A DNA stretch of 64,000 bases from Candidatus Roizmanbacteria bacterium RIFCSPLOWO2_01_FULL_41_22. Its GTDB lineage: Bacteria > Patescibacteriota > Microgenomatia > UBA1406 > GWC2-37-13. This document shows, piece after piece, positions 1-8,497 of the stretch (position 1 is its first letter; the number at the start of each line of letters is the position of its first letter). A program made the position numbers and the translations under genes. The notes under the pieces are model-generated. The model saw only the letters and a list, made by a program, of their open reading frames with translations. It searched no databases and was not told where the DNA came from. The DNA lies in assembly GCA_001789805.1 (NCBI GenBank), contig MGAR01000018.1, forward strand, positions 35,981 to 99,980, read 5' to 3'.

Positions 1-462
1 CTCTTTTTGCTCCGCCAGACGTTTGTCCAATGCGCGGTTGGCAATTATATACTCTAGGATCAGTTTTTGTTCAAGTTGAGACTTGGATAAACCTGGGCAA
101 GAGTAAGCAGTTTGATTTTGGGCGAGTGTATTTAATAGATACATGGTCACCGAGCGTTCAAAAGTCACCGGAAACACCACAAAAAAACTGAGGTGTAAAG
201 CAGCAGTGATGACAATGGCCGCAATCATAGTTTCCAAATAGTTTAGTAGACGTTTGTTAAATCGAAGCGTAATCACTACGACCATCAATGCTGTCAATAC
301 CGTTACCGCAAGCAGCATAAGCCCCCGATAAAATAACACCTTTTCAAATGAAAAAAACGCGGTATGAAAGAGGGCGATATATATAAGAGAAAACAAAATA
401 AAAGTTAAGAAATAGGTTAATAAAATTCGCAGATATGGTTTTGTTTGAGGTGGATTAGCCAT
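1..462 (-). CDS. Integral membrane protein, partial (C-terminus lies beyond window edge)
   Basis: Own translation of the minus strand from ATG at 460-462: MANPPQTKPYLRILLTYFLTFILFSLIYIALF...LAEQKE. Open for 154 codons to position 1, with several hydrophobic segments. Absent from the ORF track because there is no stop in the window. Confidence 0.5.
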   Translation of the reverse strand, partial: MANPPQTKPYLRILLTYFLTFILFSLIYIALFHTAFFSFEKVLFYRGLMLLAVTVLTALMVVVITLRFNKRLLNYLETMIAAIVITAALHLSFFVVFPVTFERSVTMYLLNTLAQNQTAYSCPGLSKSQLEQKLILEYIIANRALDKRLAEQKE

Positions 463-494
463 TGTCAATAGACAATATGATACCAGAATGCGGT

Positions 495-1103
495 TTAAGG
501 TTGAGAAGTATATGCGTTTTGTCTTCGCAAATCTCTGATAGTCTGTAGAAACATAGCGGGTGAGATTGCTCCAAGAAACAGTAGTTCCCTCAGTTTGAGG
601 ATTCGTCCTTCCGGTGACTGGTAAAATTGTGTAATTATTTCGCGCCATCGGTTATCGTGGTCTATCAATATCCCTTCTGCCGTAAGACCGGTTATTCCGT
701 CAAGACCGGCTATTCGCGCATATACTAGTGCTCTTGGTAGGTGATAAGCGTTGGTTATAAAGGCCATGCTTTCGGGAGAATAATGTAATTCTTGGGCAAT
801 TATCGCCGAATATCTCATATTTGATTTAGTGCTGGTAGAATTTTGTTCAAGAATGAGTTGATCAGATGAGATTCCAGAAAAAATATTCAGAATATAATTT
901 TGCATCGTTTTCGCCTCCGATGGGCAGCCGCCACCAGAAAGGATTGCTATGAGAGTAAGTCCTGTAGCTATGGCAATACCCGTTGCTTTAGCCCTCATCT
1001 CTCCCGGCAAACTCAACTTATCTTGTCCTATCAATCTAGAACCTAAAGTAATAATTGCAGTATATATATCGGGCTTGATTTCAGGAGAGCGAAATTGTTC
1101 CAT
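495..1103 (-). CDS. DUF218/YdcF-like (SanA/ElyC-type) protein
   Basis: 202-aa ORF. ILSGGGCPSEAKTMQNYI ... LEQNSTSTKSNMRYS resembles the DUF218 core (GG..E[AS]..M..Y ... E..S.nT.eN). Confidence 0.55.
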   Translation of the reverse strand: MEQFRSPEIKPDIYTAIITLGSRLIGQDKLSLPGEMRAKATGIAIATGLTLIAILSGGGCPSEAKTMQNYILNIFSGISSDQLILEQNSTSTKSNMRYSAIIAQELHYSPESMAFITNAYHLPRALVYARIAGLDGITGLTAEGILIDHDNRWREIITQFYQSPEGRILKLRELLFLGAISPAMFLQTIRDLRRQNAYTSQP

Positions 1104-1207
1104 AAAGTAAAAAAATATATAGAAGGGCTATTTTAAGCTAAAAGCAGCGATAATGCAAAAGTAGCCAAAGTCATCAGTTGATCAAATAATAACTTTGGCA
1201 TTTTTTC

Positions 1208-1474
1208 TTACCGTAACAGTTGACTAATCAGGTGATAAATATCTTTTCGATGCCCAATTAATATGATATATATTTCATTAGTTTTATATTTAAAAAGAAT
1301 TCTGTATTGACCAATTCTGATCCTGGATATATTTTTATCACCCGTAAGTTTTTCAGTATTTTTAATAGTAAATGGACCTTTTAGTGATCTAATTTTTTTA
1401 GCGATGGCTATCTGGTCAATTTTAGGAATTTTTCTTAACTCTTTTTCAGCGCGGGGAGAGATGATAATTTTCAT
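1208..1474 (-). CDS. RelE/ParE-family type II toxin
   Basis: 88-aa basic ORF with a 4-nt start/stop overlap with the upstream 79-aa ORF. The tail IYIILIGHRKDIY is typical of RelE/ParE toxins. Confidence 0.75.
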   Translation of the reverse strand: MKIIISPRAEKELRKIPKIDQIAIAKKIRSLKGPFTIKNTEKLTGDKNISRIRIGQYRILFKYKTNEIYIILIGHRKDIYHLISQLLR

Positions 1475-1710
1475 AGATTAAGATCTTTTGCTATATCTTC
1501 AAAATCTCGACCCTTATTAAAATCAGTTGTGCTGGTAGTTTTGCGATCAACCAGATCTTCCATAAAGGAAGCCATTTTTTCATAAAGATCTTTCCCAATA
1601 AGATAAGCTTCAACTTTATTTCTATTTTCCACAGCAATAGGAAAATCAAGAGCGGATCGAATAGCTTTTGAGGGATTGATTTTTAGTTGTGATATTGATA
1701 TTGAGTTCAT
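1471..1710 (-). CDS. Phd/YefM-family antitoxin
   Basis: 79 aa. N-terminus SISQLKINPSKAIR..PIAVENRNKVEAYLI is Phd/YefM-like. Translationally coupled to the toxin ORF. Confidence 0.7.
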   Translation of the reverse strand: MNSISISQLKINPSKAIRSALDFPIAVENRNKVEAYLIGKDLYEKMASFMEDLVDRKTTSTTDFNKGRDFEDIAKDLNL

Positions 1711-1817
1711 AATAACAACATCTTACAATATTATTGGTTTTTTGTCAAGACCTAATTATAGGTCTTGGACGCAAACTTAATTCAACCTCGGGAGTTGATT
1801 AGAATGTTAGAAGCTAT

Positions 1818-2174
1818 TTATTCAAGCGGAATTGCATTATCTGATGTTGTTTCCGGTACGTTAAATTCGAATAGCGTCATCTTTCCTTCATACTCGTATT
1901 CTCCACCATCAGGTATCACAAAGAGATCACCTTTTTTTACTTGATGCTGCTTTCCATCTATCGTAAAAGTCCCTGCGCCATCAATAATAAGGTAATTTCG
2001 CGTTGCGCCGAGCATTCTCTTTTTTGGGTGACGACCATGTACATCAACAATCAATGCATTATATCCCGCACCTTCATTTGTCTGGACATATATATCACCC
2101 GAAAAACCCTCCCGGTCAAAATGAAATGCGTCATTTATAGGGATTTTCCTTGATTTATTGGTTTTATTAGCCAT
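1818..2174 (-). CDS. Cupin-domain protein
   Basis: 118 aa. VDVHGRHPKKR...NYLIIDGAGTFTIDG...GDLFVIPDGGEYEYEG matches the two-motif cupin beta-barrel pattern. Confidence 0.65.
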   Translation of the reverse strand: MANKTNKSRKIPINDAFHFDREGFSGDIYVQTNEGAGYNALIVDVHGRHPKKRMLGATRNYLIIDGAGTFTIDGKQHQVKKGDLFVIPDGGEYEYEGKMTLFEFNVPETTSDNAIPLE

Positions 2175-2192
2175 ATTGAAATTATAGCAGAG

Positions 2193-2245
2193 GGTTCGAA
2201 CGTCCAGCCCTCTGTAAAAATTGCAGATTGGCGTGAGGCTTTAAA
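2193..2245. repeat. Left copy of an imperfect ~53-nt direct repeat bracketing the AT-rich islet
   Basis: GGTTCGAACGTCCAG-CCCTCTGTAAAAATTGCAGATTGGCGTGAGGCTTTAAAA aligns at roughly 75% with 5567-5620. Confidence 0.6.
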
Positions 2246-2590
2246 ATTTGTAAGTCGAGGAGGAAATATCCTTCATCAAGATTTTTGGATAGCGGGACAC
2301 TATCAAGAATTATCCTTCGCCAAAACGATTTCTCTTAAAAAATTTTGCAACATTAATCGAAGCGTTTTCTTTCCTGCTGTAGTTTTGAAATATTTTTCTC
2401 TTCGAGTAGCGTCGTGCTTTGACAGATAATATTCACAAAATAGAAGAACAAAAGGTCTTTGGGGTTCAGTTACTTTTGAGTTTCCAGATATATGTGAAGT
2501 CAGTCTTGAGCTTGCACTGATCTTACCGAAGTGTCCAGGCTGGTTAACTTTGTTGGAACCTACTACAAAGAAAAATCACAAAGCATATTT

Positions 2591-4063
2591 TTAATTACTT
2601 TGCCAGTCTTGAATAATGAACTCTTTGGGGAGATGTTGACGAATTTTTTGATAAGATTTCTCGAAGGAAAAATGAATTTTCTGTAAGTCTTCTTTATTGA
2701 CGATGTATGGGAAAGTTAAAGGCGCTGTAATTTTGAAAGCGTCATTGACGGTAACTTGTTTGAGCGTTTCCTCAATTTTGTTCATATTGTCTTTTTCCTG
2801 AAGCATATTTAAACCACATAATGGAATTGCTGTCTCTGAAGTTGCTCCAAAAAGAAAATAGAGAAATGCGTGAACACCATCTACCGCCATCTGACTCACT
2901 CTTTCTGATTCCGAAACAAGTCCTAGCGTTTTTAGCGCCTTCGCATATTGTTTCATCATAGGATGTAAATACCCAATTTGGTTAAAAGCTCCAGAGTAAA
3001 ATAGTCCAAAATGACCGGCAATAATCAAATAATTAGTTAAAAGCGATGGAATAATCCTTTTAGCATTCCACGCATTGATTATGGAAGTTAGACTCCACTT
3101 AATTGGAGTAAAAGTAGTCATATTTGAAGTCAGCTCGTTATTTTTTATTTTTAATGGTATCATTCGCCGCTTTTCGTCGATTCCCCAAAAGAAAAAAGTT
3201 CCACCATCTGTTTTTAAGTTCCAACAACCGTAAATTCCATCAAATAATTCAAGAATTTTATCGATAGACAATGTAAACAAAAATTTATATAGGGAAAGTA
3301 GAGAATTTTTTATTAGAAAATTCTCAAAGAAAAATTTAGATAAAAGATCTATCGGTAAAAATTCCATTCTGTATTTTGGAAAAAAGTTTCTCCATAACCA
3401 CTTATTCCAAATACTTATTTGTTCGCAATAACTCTCGCATTTATTAATAGAAGTATTAGCTGCTATTTGTTCCAAAATAGAAGAAATAAAATATAGCTCC
3501 GGTTCAGGAAAACAATCAGAATTCATCTTTAGCCAATAATTAATCGTTTTTTTATTAAAAAACAACGACTTTACAGTTGGCAAAGCTGTATGTCTCATAG
3601 ATGAACCAAAAAAAGTGAAGCGTTTTTCACCCTTAGGAGAAGCCATTAATAATCCTCTAATATATGCGGTGTTATTTAGAGGCATGGAGGAAAAAGAGAG
3701 GATTGGTGGCATGATATACGGTTTTTTATTTAATGAAAATGATTTTGCAAATAATGAAAGCTGAACATTACTATTGATGTAAACAGGGTGATTGATCGGG
3801 CATTGGTGATCTGCAGTTGAGGCTAAGGGGTTTATTCGCAAACAAGAATCAAGTTTTTCCAGATACTCTTTATCAAGATGTGGAAAAGTGAGTTTGACTA
3901 GTTTTATAAAATCAGGGTTGTATAGAGTTATGTTTCTTTTTCCTTTTTCCAGAAGCAGGTTGGTCGCTTCCCAAATATTGAAATTACCATATTGTTGAAG
4001 AATGGTTTTAAGCAGAGGTCGTTTTTCTTGGATTACTTCAGAGTAAATAGAAATATTACTCAT
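2591..4063 (-). CDS. Hypothetical protein (490 aa), no recognisable family
   Basis: Long uninterrupted ORF in a markedly AT-rich stretch. I recognise no motif. Confidence 0.6.
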   Translation of the reverse strand: MSNISIYSEVIQEKRPLLKTILQQYGNFNIWEATNLLLEKGKRNITLYNPDFIKLVKLTFPHLDKEYLEKLDSCLRINPLASTADHQCPINHPVYINSNVQLSLFAKSFSLNKKPYIMPPILSFSSMPLNNTAYIRGLLMASPKGEKRFTFFGSSMRHTALPTVKSLFFNKKTINYWLKMNSDCFPEPELYFISSILEQIAANTSINKCESYCEQISIWNKWLWRNFFPKYRMEFLPIDLLSKFFFENFLIKNSLLSLYKFLFTLSIDKILELFDGIYGCWNLKTDGGTFFFWGIDEKRRMIPLKIKNNELTSNMTTFTPIKWSLTSIINAWNAKRIIPSLLTNYLIIAGHFGLFYSGAFNQIGYLHPMMKQYAKALKTLGLVSESERVSQMAVDGVHAFLYFLFGATSETAIPLCGLNMLQEKDNMNKIEETLKQVTVNDAFKITAPLTFPYIVNKEDLQKIHFSFEKSYQKIRQHLPKEFIIQDWQSN

Positions 4064-4229
4064 TTAAATCTATTATATCAAGGAGTTCCAACCGTATATC
4101 AATCTTTATGAAATTTGGGTTGTTGTGAAGCTAAGTCCAGGGTTATAGCCTTGTGGTGAGTGAATAAAGTGAGTCGAATCCAGGATATTAGAACCGTTTA
4201 CATACCAATTTTAGATGGTAAGCTTCTAT

Positions 4230-4838
4230 TTAAGAAAGACTTATTTTTTCAAGAAATTGCTTTATATCATCATCTTTTTTTTCAAACCCTGTCATATACT
4301 TAATCTGTTCAGTGTAGTCAATGTCATCAAAATAACCAAGCTGTGTCCGAAATAATTTTTCATTAAATTCAGTTTTAAAAATACTGCTTGTTTTATCAGT
4401 TAAATCTTGAAATGAATATTTCTGAAGAATAAAATATAAATCGACGTAATCCTTCCACTTGGCTCGCCTCCCCAACGCAAATGCTTTCATGGCGCCGAGT
4501 GTAATAAGATCCGGTAATTTAAAATACCCATCAAATTCAGCAGACCTGTCAATTAAAAAAGGATAATGAAAAAAAGTAATTTTTACGTTATCTATAAGCA
4601 CTGTCAATTCCCCTTCACCTTGTGAAAAAGTTTGATCGATTTTATAACACGGTAATATTTTAGTTCTTATGTGCATCGGGTCAAAAGAATTATCAGAGAA
4701 AAGATCAAAGTCAATTGAGCGACGGTGTCCTAGATATAAAGCTATTGCAGTTCCACCCACAAGATAAAAATTCGCTGAAAATGATTTTACAAAAGGAAGA
4801 AGCTTTTCTTGATCGATATTCAATATGTTTTTATACAT
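4230..4838 (-). CDS. AbiEii/AbiGii-type nucleotidyltransferase (type IV toxin-like)
   Basis: FYLVGGTAIALYLGHRRSIDFDLFS matches the GGTA..L...R.S.D.D motif of DUF1814/AbiEii. ATG at 4838 is preferred over the track start at 4970 because it overlaps the upstream ORF stop as ATGTATAA. Confidence 0.7.
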   Translation of the reverse strand: MYKNILNIDQEKLLPFVKSFSANFYLVGGTAIALYLGHRRSIDFDLFSDNSFDPMHIRTKILPCYKIDQTFSQGEGELTVLIDNVKITFFHYPFLIDRSAEFDGYFKLPDLITLGAMKAFALGRRAKWKDYVDLYFILQKYSFQDLTDKTSSIFKTEFNEKLFRTQLGYFDDIDYTEQIKYMTGFEKKDDDIKQFLEKISLS

Positions 4839-5088
4839 GAGCGTTTTTAAAATAACGTAAAAAATAAGACTTAATTTCTGGAGGATAATTGGTTCTTTTA
4901 TTGGTAAGGGTTTTTTTAAAAATTTTGGCTGTTTTATCCTTACCTTTAATTTTGATAAATTTTTGCACATCTTCCCAATTGCCGTAGTTTAATACATGTT
5001 CTAAAACGGATTCATCTGAAAGCTTATCTGGATTTTTTACATACCAAGCAAGATAGGGCTTATTTTTGATAATTGCATTGACTGTCAT
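4831..5088 (-). CDS. Small partner protein of the AbiEii-like gene (putative antitoxin/adaptor)
   Basis: 85 aa from ATG 5088 (MTVNAIIKNKPYLAWYVKNPDKLSDESVLEHVLNYGNWEDVQKFIKIKG...). Has an 8-nt overlap with the downstream nucleotidyltransferase gene. The function is inferred from position only. Confidence 0.5.
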   Translation of the reverse strand: MTVNAIIKNKPYLAWYVKNPDKLSDESVLEHVLNYGNWEDVQKFIKIKGKDKTAKIFKKTLTNKRTNYPPEIKSYFLRYFKNAHV

Positions 5089-5117
5089 GTTATATTTTAA
5101 CAATAAATACAGCCAGA

Positions 5118-5549
5118 ATGGTAGTGAATTATAGACTTTTTGTTGGTCAAAGCTTACTTGCCCCAAGCGGTGTCAAAAAGGAATCGGATCCAGGATGTTT
5201 GAATTTGTTTGGTTATACTGGAAAGTTTGTAGCAAGAGAAGCTCGGCGCAACAGAAAATACGATGGAATAATTTTAGATCCACCAAAATTCGGTCGTGGG
5301 CCTAACGGTGAACTTTGGAAAATTGAAGAATCTTTGCCTAAATTATTACAAAGTTGCAAAAATTTATTAAGCGATTCCCCAAAATTTATAGCTTTAACCA
5401 CTTATGCTCTAAGGCTTTCATCTACCAGTTTGGGTAATTTAATGCAGGAAATTTTTAAAACTACGGTTACTAGTGGGGAATTGACGGTAAAAGAAAAAAA
5501 CCGCGATAGAATGCTTCCCAGTGCTATTTATTCTCGGATTGCTTTTTAA
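5118..5549 (+). pseudogene. Remnant of a class I SAM-dependent (RlmI/COG1092-like) methyltransferase
   Basis: The N-terminal PUA/EEHEE part is missing. Motif I (LNLFGYTG) is joined directly to KFVAREARRNRKYDGIILDPPKFGRGPNGELWK, implying an internal deletion of about 50 aa relative to the family as I remember it. Confidence 0.55.
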
Positions 5550-5566
5550 ACACCCTATATCAAAAA

Positions 5567-5620
5567 GGTTCTAACGTCCAGTTCCCTCTCAAAATTTAGG
5601 ATTATCAGAAGGCTTTAAAA
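5567..5620. repeat. Right copy of the imperfect direct repeat bracketing the islet
   Basis: GGTTCTAACGTCCAGTTCCCTCTCAAAATTTAGGATTATCAGAAGGCTTTAAAA aligns with 2193-2245. Confidence 0.6.
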
Positions 5621-5656
5621 AATGGGTCCAGGGGACTGGAGGATGTTAGGGAGGTA

Positions 5657-5926
5657 CTATTCAGCACCTCCCTTTAGAAATTCCTTAAGCATTGTTTTTA
5701 AAGTAGTTTTTCCGCGATTACATTTTAAATATTCTTCTCTTCTTTTTGCATCTTTTTTATTTTTGTAAGCTTCATAGTGAATTAAATCAAGAGGATAATA
5801 ATGCTTTGTTGAAATTACTAAGCCAGAGTTATGTTCTTTATATCTTCTTTTAAGGTTATCTGTATAGCCGATATAAATAAAATGATGTTTCAGGCTTTGA
5901 AGAATGTAGACGTAGTAGAAGTTCAT
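5657..5926 (-). CDS. GIY-YIG nuclease-family protein (UPF0213-like)
   Basis: YVYILQS..FIYIGYTDNLKRRYKEHN gives GIY-x10-YIG plus the conserved R and E/N. Start taken at MNFYYVY. Confidence 0.75.
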   Translation of the reverse strand: MNFYYVYILQSLKHHFIYIGYTDNLKRRYKEHNSGLVISTKHYYPLDLIHYEAYKNKKDAKRREEYLKCNRGKTTLKTMLKEFLKGGAE

Positions 5927-6024
5927 GATTTGATTATAAGAGTGTTTCCGGGGAGATACCATTCGGCATCTCCCTGCGGCCCTATTCTGCTTTATGGCGT
6001 AGCAAGGCGCAGAATTGTGCCTTG

Positions 6025-6108
6025 TCCAGGGGGGAGGATTCGAACCTCCGCAGGGAAAATCCCGACAGTTTTACAGACTGTTACGATTGGCCACTCCGTC
6101 ACCCCTGG
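6025..6108 (-). tRNA. tRNA-Tyr (anticodon GTA), type II with long variable arm
   Basis: The reverse complement folds as a cloverleaf: acceptor CCAGGGG/CCCCTGG plus discriminator A; anticodon stem ACAGT/ACTGT with loop CTGTAAA; variable arm GGGATTTTCCC; T arm GGAGG-TTCGAAT-CCTCC. No encoded CCA. Confidence 0.85.
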
Positions 6109-6281
6109 TTAATAAGTCAAAAGTCGAAAATAAAAAGTCAAAAGTGAAATGTTAAAGTTCGTCCCTCCGTCATCATGATTTCTGATGGCAAGCAAATGTC
6201 AAATATCAAAGATCACATATTTCAATACCAAGCAGGTAATAATTATAACATCTTTAGGCCGATATTTGCTATCATGAGATA

Positions 6282-7370
6282 ATGACCCTGACGGAATTTT
6301 CTTATTATAGCCGCAAGATGGCGCCACTAATAGTGATCTTAATATTAGTGATCCTGATCTTTTTTGCCGCATTTCAGCTGTTGCTGGTTTATTTTAAAGG
6401 GGAGAAGAGAACAGTCACCGGCTCGTCCAGCCAAACAGTCACTCCGACTATTGCCATTAGTCCCACTTTTAATAAAATTTCTGCGCCTCAACTTGCTGAT
6501 GTTAAGCCTTCAAATGGTGCCAAGTACGTTATGGACACGATCGATGGCCAACCGATAACTGCCACATCAGCTGCCAACGTGTATCTTTTGCCCAAACAGT
6601 CGGATAATTTCGGATATCTTTCCAAGATCTACTTGATGGCCAGAGCCATGGGATTTGATACAGATGTTACCAAGCATAGGCTTTTAGAAAATAAACGGGT
6701 AGTTTTTTATGACGGTCTGCGGAAACTGATTATCGATATAACTGATTTTAATTTCAATTACCAGTACACGATTACCAAAGACAACACTCAATTTCAGGCG
6801 GTGACGACTGTTGATACAAATAGCGTAGAAGAAACCGCGATCGAGTTTTTGCGCAAACTCGATCGCTATCCGCAGGAACTGGCGCAAGGCAAGCGAAACT
6901 ACGTTTATATGAAATTTAATCCAGATACAAACGAGTTATCTATTCTGCCTTCTGCCACCACTGATACCAATATGGTGGAGGTGGATTTTTATCGTCCGGA
7001 TATTGGCGATCTACCGGTGGTTTCCCCTAAGTTTTTTAATAGTTCGCATTATGTGGTACTGGCCTTAACGAGTGAAGGGCCAAAGGTGGTGCGCGCCCAG
7101 ATGACGCTATATGAAAAGTCAATTAACAATATCGGCGTCTATCCTCTTAAAACCGGAGAGGCAGCTTGGAAGGAGCTGCAAGAAGGTGGAGGATTGATCG
7201 TTTCTGGACAGGACGCGGTTCAAGGAGAAGTCAAGATTAAAAACATGTATCTGGCATATCTGGATCTTGAAGACTATCAACCATATTTACAACCGGTGTT
7301 TGTTTTTTTGGGAGAGGGGAATTTTGTCGCTTATGTGCCGGCGATAACCAAAGAGTATCTTACGCCCTGA
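6282..7370 (+). CDS. Hypothetical membrane-anchored protein (362 aa)
   Basis: Single N-terminal hydrophobic helix (APLIVILILVILIFFAAFQLLLVYF) followed by a soluble domain. No family recognised. Confidence 0.55.
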   Translation: MTLTEFSYYSRKMAPLIVILILVILIFFAAFQLLLVYFKGEKRTVTGSSSQTVTPTIAISPTFNKISAPQLADVKPSNGAKYVMDTIDGQPITATSAANVYLLPKQSDNFGYLSKIYLMARAMGFDTDVTKHRLLENKRVVFYDGLRKLIIDITDFNFNYQYTITKDNTQFQAVTTVDTNSVEETAIEFLRKLDRYPQELAQGKRNYVYMKFNPDTNELSILPSATTDTNMVEVDFYRPDIGDLPVVSPKFFNSSHYVVLALTSEGPKVVRAQMTLYEKSINNIGVYPLKTGEAAWKELQEGGGLIVSGQDAVQGEVKIKNMYLAYLDLEDYQPYLQPVFVFLGEGNFVAYVPAITKEYLTP

Positions 7371-7372
7371 CA

Positions 7373-8293
7373 TTAATCAAACATTGTCTTGTCGATTGCA
7401 AAGTAATCAACCTGGTCTTTGATCCATTGGATGGCGTTTTTGGTATCTTGAAAGCGATCAAGGCTCTTTAAGATGACAATAATATACTCGTGACCATTGG
7501 TTTTATAAAAGCTGACCAGATTTTCACCGGCCTCCTCAGTATATCCGGTTTTTAAGCCGCCCAAACCCTGAATCTCACCCAAGAGCTTGTTGACGTTACT
7601 TAATTTATGAAAAGTTCGGTAATCGACGTCGGAGATAATAATTTCTTTGGTACCGACAATTTTTTTTAGATACGAGTTTTGCAGAAATGTTCGTCCGGCA
7701 AGCGCCAGATCATAGGCGGTAGTTTGCTGTTCCATATTGTCAAGACCGGCCGGGTTGGTAAAATAAGAATTGGTCATGCCGATTTCTCTGGCTTTTTCAT
7801 TCATTTTTTGGACAAATCGGTCTATGCCGTAGTGGTCAGCCAGCACAAAAGCGGCGTCATTGCCAGAATGGACAAGTAATCCATACAACAGATTCTCGAC
7901 AGTGATTTTTTCGCCCACAACTAATCCCATGTTTTGGCCTTCTTCGATTATTCTTTTAACAGGAATGACGTTATCTGGCTTATAGATATCTATAGCCACC
8001 AGTGCGGTGATTATTTTGGTAGTTGAGGCGGGAAACAGTTTAAATTGACTGTTTCTTTGAAAAACAGGTGTAAAAGAAGGCAGATCAACGATGTAAACTC
8101 CTTCGGCTGTCAACTCTGGTTCAAGTGCGGTTTTAAGGTAAGGTACAGGAAAGACTTGGATCTGTTCTTGCCCTGCTTTTTGGATAAAAAAAGATTGATT
8201 ATAGGCCAGGATATGATAATAAGGAGAATCGCCCGGATAAAAAAGAAATAATAGGCTGAAAAAAATAAAATAAAAATAAAACCGAAAGTTCAT
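7373..8293 (-). CDS. D-alanyl-D-alanine carboxypeptidase (serine peptidase S11, PBP5-like)
   Basis: SxxK (ASTTK), SxN (HSGND) and KTG (LKTGYT) motifs are present in the correct order, after an N-terminal hydrophobic anchor. Confidence 0.8.
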   Translation of the reverse strand: MNFRFYFYFIFFSLLFLFYPGDSPYYHILAYNQSFFIQKAGQEQIQVFPVPYLKTALEPELTAEGVYIVDLPSFTPVFQRNSQFKLFPASTTKIITALVAIDIYKPDNVIPVKRIIEEGQNMGLVVGEKITVENLLYGLLVHSGNDAAFVLADHYGIDRFVQKMNEKAREIGMTNSYFTNPAGLDNMEQQTTAYDLALAGRTFLQNSYLKKIVGTKEIIISDVDYRTFHKLSNVNKLLGEIQGLGGLKTGYTEEAGENLVSFYKTNGHEYIIVILKSLDRFQDTKNAIQWIKDQVDYFAIDKTMFD

Positions 8294-8302
8294 GATAATA
8301 AG

Positions 8303-8436
8303 TCAAATCTTGAATCTAATAACTTAAAACTTAGAACCACAACTAAAAACTGATTATCTGAATCTAAGATTGCTGATTTACGATTTAAGATTTAAGATGT
8401 GGATTTGAATTTTGAGTTTTCAGATTTGAGTTTCAA
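8303..8436. repeat. Word-repeat palindromic intergenic element, family P, copy 1
   Basis: Imperfect inverted arms built from GATTTAA/AATCTAA-type 7-mers around CCACAAC...GTGGAT. The core is about 87% identical to 21840-21920. Confidence 0.7.
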
Positions 8437-8497
8437 AAACATCATTTATCTAATTACTTATGATGCCATGATTATGGTCGTTGGTCAAGAGAACTTC

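Noticed and set aside
4831-4970. Apparent overlap of the 111-aa and 246-aa ORFs, considered as a frameshifted single gene.
   Set aside because: Using ATG 4838 for the nucleotidyltransferase gives a clean two-gene arrangement with an ATGTATAA start/stop overlap. The N-terminal 44 codons of the track ORF look non-coding.
5831-6112. 93-aa plus-strand ORF.
   Set aside because: It overlaps the GIY-YIG gene in antisense and runs through the tRNA-Tyr gene. It has no coding signal.
8294-8497. CRISPR array suspected from the repetitive spacers (also 21772-21948 and 32313-32396).
   Set aside because: The repeats are 7-8 nt words arranged as inverted arms. They are not 25-40 nt direct repeats separated by unique spacers, and there are no cas genes.
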